A DNA stretch of 20,000 nt from an uncultured virus (IMG/VR IMGVR_UViG_3300028800_000070) (lineage: Duplodnaviria; Heunggongvirae; Uroviricota; Caudoviricetes), in the IMG/VR virus record IMGVR_UViG_3300028800_000070. One strand, given 5' to 3'. A program made the translations under genes and the position numbers. Below the pieces are notes generated by a model, which was given only the letters and a program-made list of their open reading frames with translations, was not told where the DNA came from and made no database searches. Position 1 is the first letter of the stretch, and the number at the start of each line of letters is the position of its first letter. This document shows, in pieces, positions 17,252 through 20,000 of this stretch.

Positions 17252-17419
17252 TTAATTATGCTTTTCTTTCGCCATCGGTGTTAATAACCCCAACCGTTCA
17301 CAATCATCATTGATGCACATATAAACAAAAAGATTATCCGTCGTAAATGGATAATTGGGATCTGGCAATGCTCCCATTATTCTTAACTCTTTGTTACACT
17401 TAGGATTTATGCAATTCAT
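17252..17419 (-). CDS. Small zinc-binding protein (55 aa, CINPKC...CINDDC)
   Basis: Manual translation; TAAATG coupling to the upstream gene. Confidence 0.6.
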   Translation of the reverse strand: MNCINPKCNKELRIMGALPDPNYPFTTDNLFVYMCINDDCERLGLLTPMAKEKHN

Positions 17420-17635
17420 TTATTTAGCCTCACTTTTTAACTTCTGTACTTTAAGCAATAATTCATTTGCGAGAGCAATTAAATCATCTTGTGGTGTTTT
17501 CGCAACTACCGTTACACCAAATTTTCTTGAACGAAACTGAAACTCCCAAGCGTTCGCATATATAATATTGATCCATTCTTTTTCATTAGAATCAACCAAT
17601 AATGATAACTCTTTTAATATTTCTTGTAATGTCAT
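17420..17635 (-). CDS. Hypothetical protein
   Basis: 71-aa ORF in the small-gene array. Confidence 0.65.
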   Translation of the reverse strand: MTLQEILKELSLLVDSNEKEWINIIYANAWEFQFRSRKFGVTVVAKTPQDDLIALANELLLKVQKLKSEAK

Positions 17636-17652
17636 ATTCTAGCCTCATCTAT

Positions 17653-17775
17653 TTAGTGACAAAGTACTAACTTTAAACAATGTCCCGATGTGTTTAAGCC
17701 TACAGTTTTCCAATTTAATAATATATACAAAATAAGAATAACTATGATAATCGTTAAAATAATGTTAGTTTTCAT
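17653..17775 (-). CDS. Small membrane peptide (40 aa, MKTNIILTIIIVILILYILLNWK...)
   Basis: Manual translation; a single strongly hydrophobic helix. Confidence 0.5.
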   Translation of the reverse strand: MKTNIILTIIIVILILYILLNWKTVGLNTSGHCLKLVLCH

Positions 17776-17981
17776 CTAGCCTTACTATTATGGGATACTT
17801 TCGACTTAAAATGCGATTTTAGCCCCCCTCAAAATGAGGCTACCCACAAATTATTTTTTCTCGCTCTGCTATATCCCGTCGGGCGTGTATTGATGTTAAA
17901 CACGTTCGACTGGAAAAAATCTTCAAATTTAGCCTCAAAAAACACCCTTTTCTCAGTCCGAATAATCCACATTATTAGAAC

Positions 17982-18317
17982 CTAGGCACGTTTAGCCTCA
18001 GATTCTTGTATCTCCTTTATGGTTTCGCCCATACCGTGATCCCATCTATCGGCATGTTTCTCGCACATTTTAAATCCTGATGTTGATACTCTTGCTACTT
18101 CATAACATCCAGTTATAGAGCAACTCCACCCTGTATCTATTCTTGAAAGTGACAAAGTATAAGCTGGTGATCTAAAAAATTTCTCTTCTGCTGTTTCAGT
18201 TCGATGCTCTACTCTCGGATACGCTTCATACCAAGCTATATGACATTTTTTACAAGATTGTACTTCTGGCTTCCATGCCTCTCCCACCCATTCATGTTTG
18301 CAAGTTTCTTCTTTCAT
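17982..18317 (-). CDS. Cys/His-rich hypothetical protein
   Basis: 111 aa; CKHEW, CKKC and CSITGC...CEKH motifs. Confidence 0.7.
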   Translation of the reverse strand: MKEETCKHEWVGEAWKPEVQSCKKCHIAWYEAYPRVEHRTETAEEKFFRSPAYTLSLSRIDTGWSCSITGCYEVARVSTSGFKMCEKHADRWDHGMGETIKEIQESEAKRA

Positions 18318-18344
18318 ATTTTCATTATTCTGACCTAGCCTTGA

Positions 18345-18518
18345 TTAGCCTCGTAATCTTGCCCTCAAATTCTCTCTATCTTGTTGTGCTGACTGACAAA
18401 ACATATTAAACAACGGGTCATTCCGTTCAAACGAAACCGCACCGCATCTTTGACATTTACGGTATTCCTCTTGTGTTCCCTCGTCTTTTAATACTGGTGT
18501 AAATTGATGTCCTTCCAT
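18345..18518 (-). CDS. Small zinc-binding protein (57 aa, GHQF...CQRC...C)
   Basis: Manual translation MEGHQFTPVLKDEGTQEEYRKCQRCGAVSF...; ACTATG start context. Confidence 0.6.
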   Translation of the reverse strand: MEGHQFTPVLKDEGTQEEYRKCQRCGAVSFERNDPLFNMFCQSAQQDRENLRARLRG

Positions 18519-18538
18519 AGTTTTAATAACTTCTGTAA

Positions 18539-18781
18539 TTAGGCACGGTTAGCCTTAAATAATTTTAAAATCTCATCGGCATAATATTCATCTTGTTCTT
18601 CAAGTTTTTCTTTATCCTCAAACAAATTCAAATTCTCATTACCTCTATCATTTGCCCTATGCCTAAAGAGAATTTTTATAATTTCTTTTTTCGTTTCCAT
18701 TTTACTTAATGCACACCATGATCTATGCCATGCATTACCAATTCGATCTCCTCCGCAAGTACATCCTTTATCTTTACTCAT
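18539..18781 (-). CDS. Hypothetical protein (CTCGG...HRSWC Zn motif)
   Basis: 80-aa ORF in the array. Confidence 0.65.
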   Translation of the reverse strand: MSKDKGCTCGGDRIGNAWHRSWCALSKMETKKEIIKILFRHRANDRGNENLNLFEDKEKLEEQDEYYADEILKLFKANRA

Positions 18782-18792
18782 AAAAGTAATCC

Positions 18793-18900
18793 TTAGTTGA
18801 ACTCAAAGTTAGGTACTCGGCTTATCACGGGTTACTCTCATCGTCACATCTGTCTTGAGCTGGAACAGATTTCGCCATACCTAACTTTCAATCCGACTAA
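18793..18900. ncRNA. Structured intergenic RNA candidate (multi-stem junction)
   Basis: Perfect 11-bp arms AAAGTTAGGTA/TACCTAACTTT (18805-18815/18878-18888), outer TTAGTTG/CGACTAA, inner ATCTGT/ACAGAT hairpin and GGC/GCC junction stem. Confidence 0.5.
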
Positions 18901-18916
18901 ACATAATAATTACAAC

Positions 18917-19126
18917 TCATATTGCATCCTGTACTTTATCGATCGCTTTCTCCTTAGCATTATTATAAATCCCGAAATCGTGTTGAGCTGAAGCACAAGG
19001 TACGTTTTTATCACCGCACATATCGCAAGTATCTATCCAACTACCAATCATTCCTCCTTTGTGAGGCTTTTTATTATTTGCGACTCCGCATTTAATACAA
19101 ATTGTGTTTATTTTTTTCTTGGTCAT
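18917..19126 (-). CDS. Small zinc-binding protein
   Basis: 69 aa; CIKC...CDMC and HDFG motifs. Confidence 0.7.
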   Translation of the reverse strand: MTKKKINTICIKCGVANNKKPHKGGMIGSWIDTCDMCGDKNVPCASAQHDFGIYNNAKEKAIDKVQDAI

Positions 19127-19173
19127 AAGTTCACTTATATTTCAGCGTGATAAGTATGCGCTGCCACTCAAGA

Positions 19174-19728
19174 CTATTTGAAATCTTTAGTCTTTATTTT
19201 CATCATAGTACCGTCTGAACAATGCCAAACGATCCCTTCAATGAAACCATTGCCGTATTTACTCTTTGTCTTTGGCAACCATTCCCGTAAACCCTCAAAG
19301 GTTGTAGGGACATCTTCAAATACAGGAGCTTGACCAAGAGTAAAAAACATTATGATGTTTTTATCAAGTCCTAACGGATTGCCCTGTATATTTGTTCCCA
19401 TTGCTTCACCTGACCATTCACCGTCTTCTATTTCTGATAGATCAGTATTTTTCAAAGCGTCATATATCCATTTATCGGATGGCTCATTTTCAAAAGCGTC
19501 TACATACCAAGGTTCTGATATGCCCTTATGTTTCTGGATCTTGTCAGGATTCCTGCGCTTCTCAAGTCTTACCGCTGTATGATTACGAACAGTGACACGA
19601 ACATTTGTACCGTCTACTTTTTCCGTAGCTGTACCAATCATAAACTTTTCAGGATCAACAACGAGTTTATCTATGACTCCTCGTTTGCCTTCCCAATCTC
19701 TTTCAAATATTGTTGGAATTTTATTCAT
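19174..19728 (-). CDS. RNA ligase-like nucleotidyltransferase (RLIG1/DUF5565-like)
   Basis: Motif I ATEKVDGTN, motif III-like GEAMG...IQGNP, motif IV EGIVWH and motif V MKIK..DF; MNKIPTIF N-terminus; GGGGGTGA upstream. Confidence 0.75.
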   Translation of the reverse strand: MNKIPTIFERDWEGKRGVIDKLVVDPEKFMIGTATEKVDGTNVRVTVRNHTAVRLEKRRNPDKIQKHKGISEPWYVDAFENEPSDKWIYDALKNTDLSEIEDGEWSGEAMGTNIQGNPLGLDKNIIMFFTLGQAPVFEDVPTTFEGLREWLPKTKSKYGNGFIEGIVWHCSDGTMMKIKTKDFK

Positions 19729-19770
19729 AATTCACCCCCGATCTACTTCAACTTCTGATTCATTTTACGC

Positions 19771-19887
19771 TCAACAACCTATGCGTTTCGCTAAAAAATC
19801 ATTTAGACCAATAAGCGCAAATGTAAATAAAGTTCCTTCAACAATTGCAAAAATCAAACCAATAGTTATTCTCTGTTTTTTGGTCAT
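19771..19887 (-). CDS. Small membrane peptide (38 aa)
   Basis: Manual translation MTKKQRITIGLIFAIVEGTLFTFALIGLNDFLAKRIGC. Confidence 0.45.
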   Translation of the reverse strand: MTKKQRITIGLIFAIVEGTLFTFALIGLNDFLAKRIGC

Positions 19888-19901
19888 ACTAATCAATGTG
19901 T

Positions 19902-20000
19902 TTACGCTTGTGTTTCATATCTTTCGCATTTACAATCAGCTTCTTTACAATGTTCTTCTTCTCCGAAAAAATGTCTATCTATTCCATGTCCACAAGAGCA
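19902..20000 (-). CDS. 3' end of a small Cys/His-rich protein (start outside the window)
   Basis: ...CSCGHGIDRHFFGEEEHCKEADCKCERYETQA*. Confidence 0.5.
   Translation of the reverse strand, partial: CSCGHGIDRHFFGEEEHCKEADCKCERYETQA

Larger units (their letters stand above)
17424..18556 (-). repeat. Dispersed RAGGCTAR motif (9 copies, one degenerate), two extended to AGGCTAAMCGTGCCTA
   Basis: Plus-strand YTAGCCYY at 17424, 17639, 17776, 17819, 17929, 17992, 18335, 18345 and 18549. The 16-mers at 17983-17998 and 18540-18555 are 15/16 identical. Confidence 0.7.

Noticed and set aside
17424..18556. Integron cassette array (attC sites)
   Set aside because: The motif resembles RYYYAAC, but there is no matching downstream GTTRRRY, no attC-length hairpin and no integrase in the window.
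18793..18900. tRNA or canonical hammerhead/twister ribozyme
   Set aside because: There is no cloverleaf with a properly placed T-loop. The hammerhead core deviates at conserved positions, and the twister-like GUGAUAAGCC lacks the required pseudoknot partner and stems.
1..20000. CRISPR array, DGR template/variable repeat, IS element or intron/intein
   Set aside because: No regularly spaced repeats, long near-duplicate segments, reverse transcriptase or transposase were seen; TerL, portal and MCP are uninterrupted and of ordinary length.
1..20000. Stop-codon reassignment
   Set aside because: Long genes are intact in the standard code, and TAA, TAG and TGA all occur at sensible gene ends.

Overview
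This window is part of a tailed dsDNA phage or prophage genome, with almost all genes on the minus strand. Read right to left, it holds a cluster of small accessory genes (16.8-20 kb: many Cys-rich zinc-binding ORFs, an RNA-ligase-like nucleotidyltransferase and a structured intergenic RNA candidate), a plus-strand HNH endonuclease, and a podovirus-like morphogenesis module. That module runs TerS, TerL, small Zn-ribbon protein, portal, two small inserted genes, scaffold, major capsid protein (MCP), decoration-type proteins, a GT2-like glycosyltransferase, several unknown genes, a head-tail adaptor and a >1100-aa tail/nozzle protein (3320..<1, absent from the ORF track). Initiation signals (few classical Shine-Dalgarno sites, many apparently leaderless starts, GGGG(G)TGA motifs) suggest a Patescibacteria/Microgenomates-like host; this is an inference. 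The most notable features are: (i) an identical 18-nt leader plus terminator-like hairpin and U-tract abutting the ATG of both portal and MCP, with a Zn-ribbon gene directly upstream of the portal copy, a candidate attenuation/antitermination switch; (ii) a related RAGGCTAR / GGC-TAANNNN-GCC motif at nearly every gene junction in the 17.4-18.6 kb small-gene array; (iii) gene-by-gene extended -10 promoters; and (iv) nested domain insertions in the tail protein. All functional calls come from motif recognition and synteny; no database search was run.
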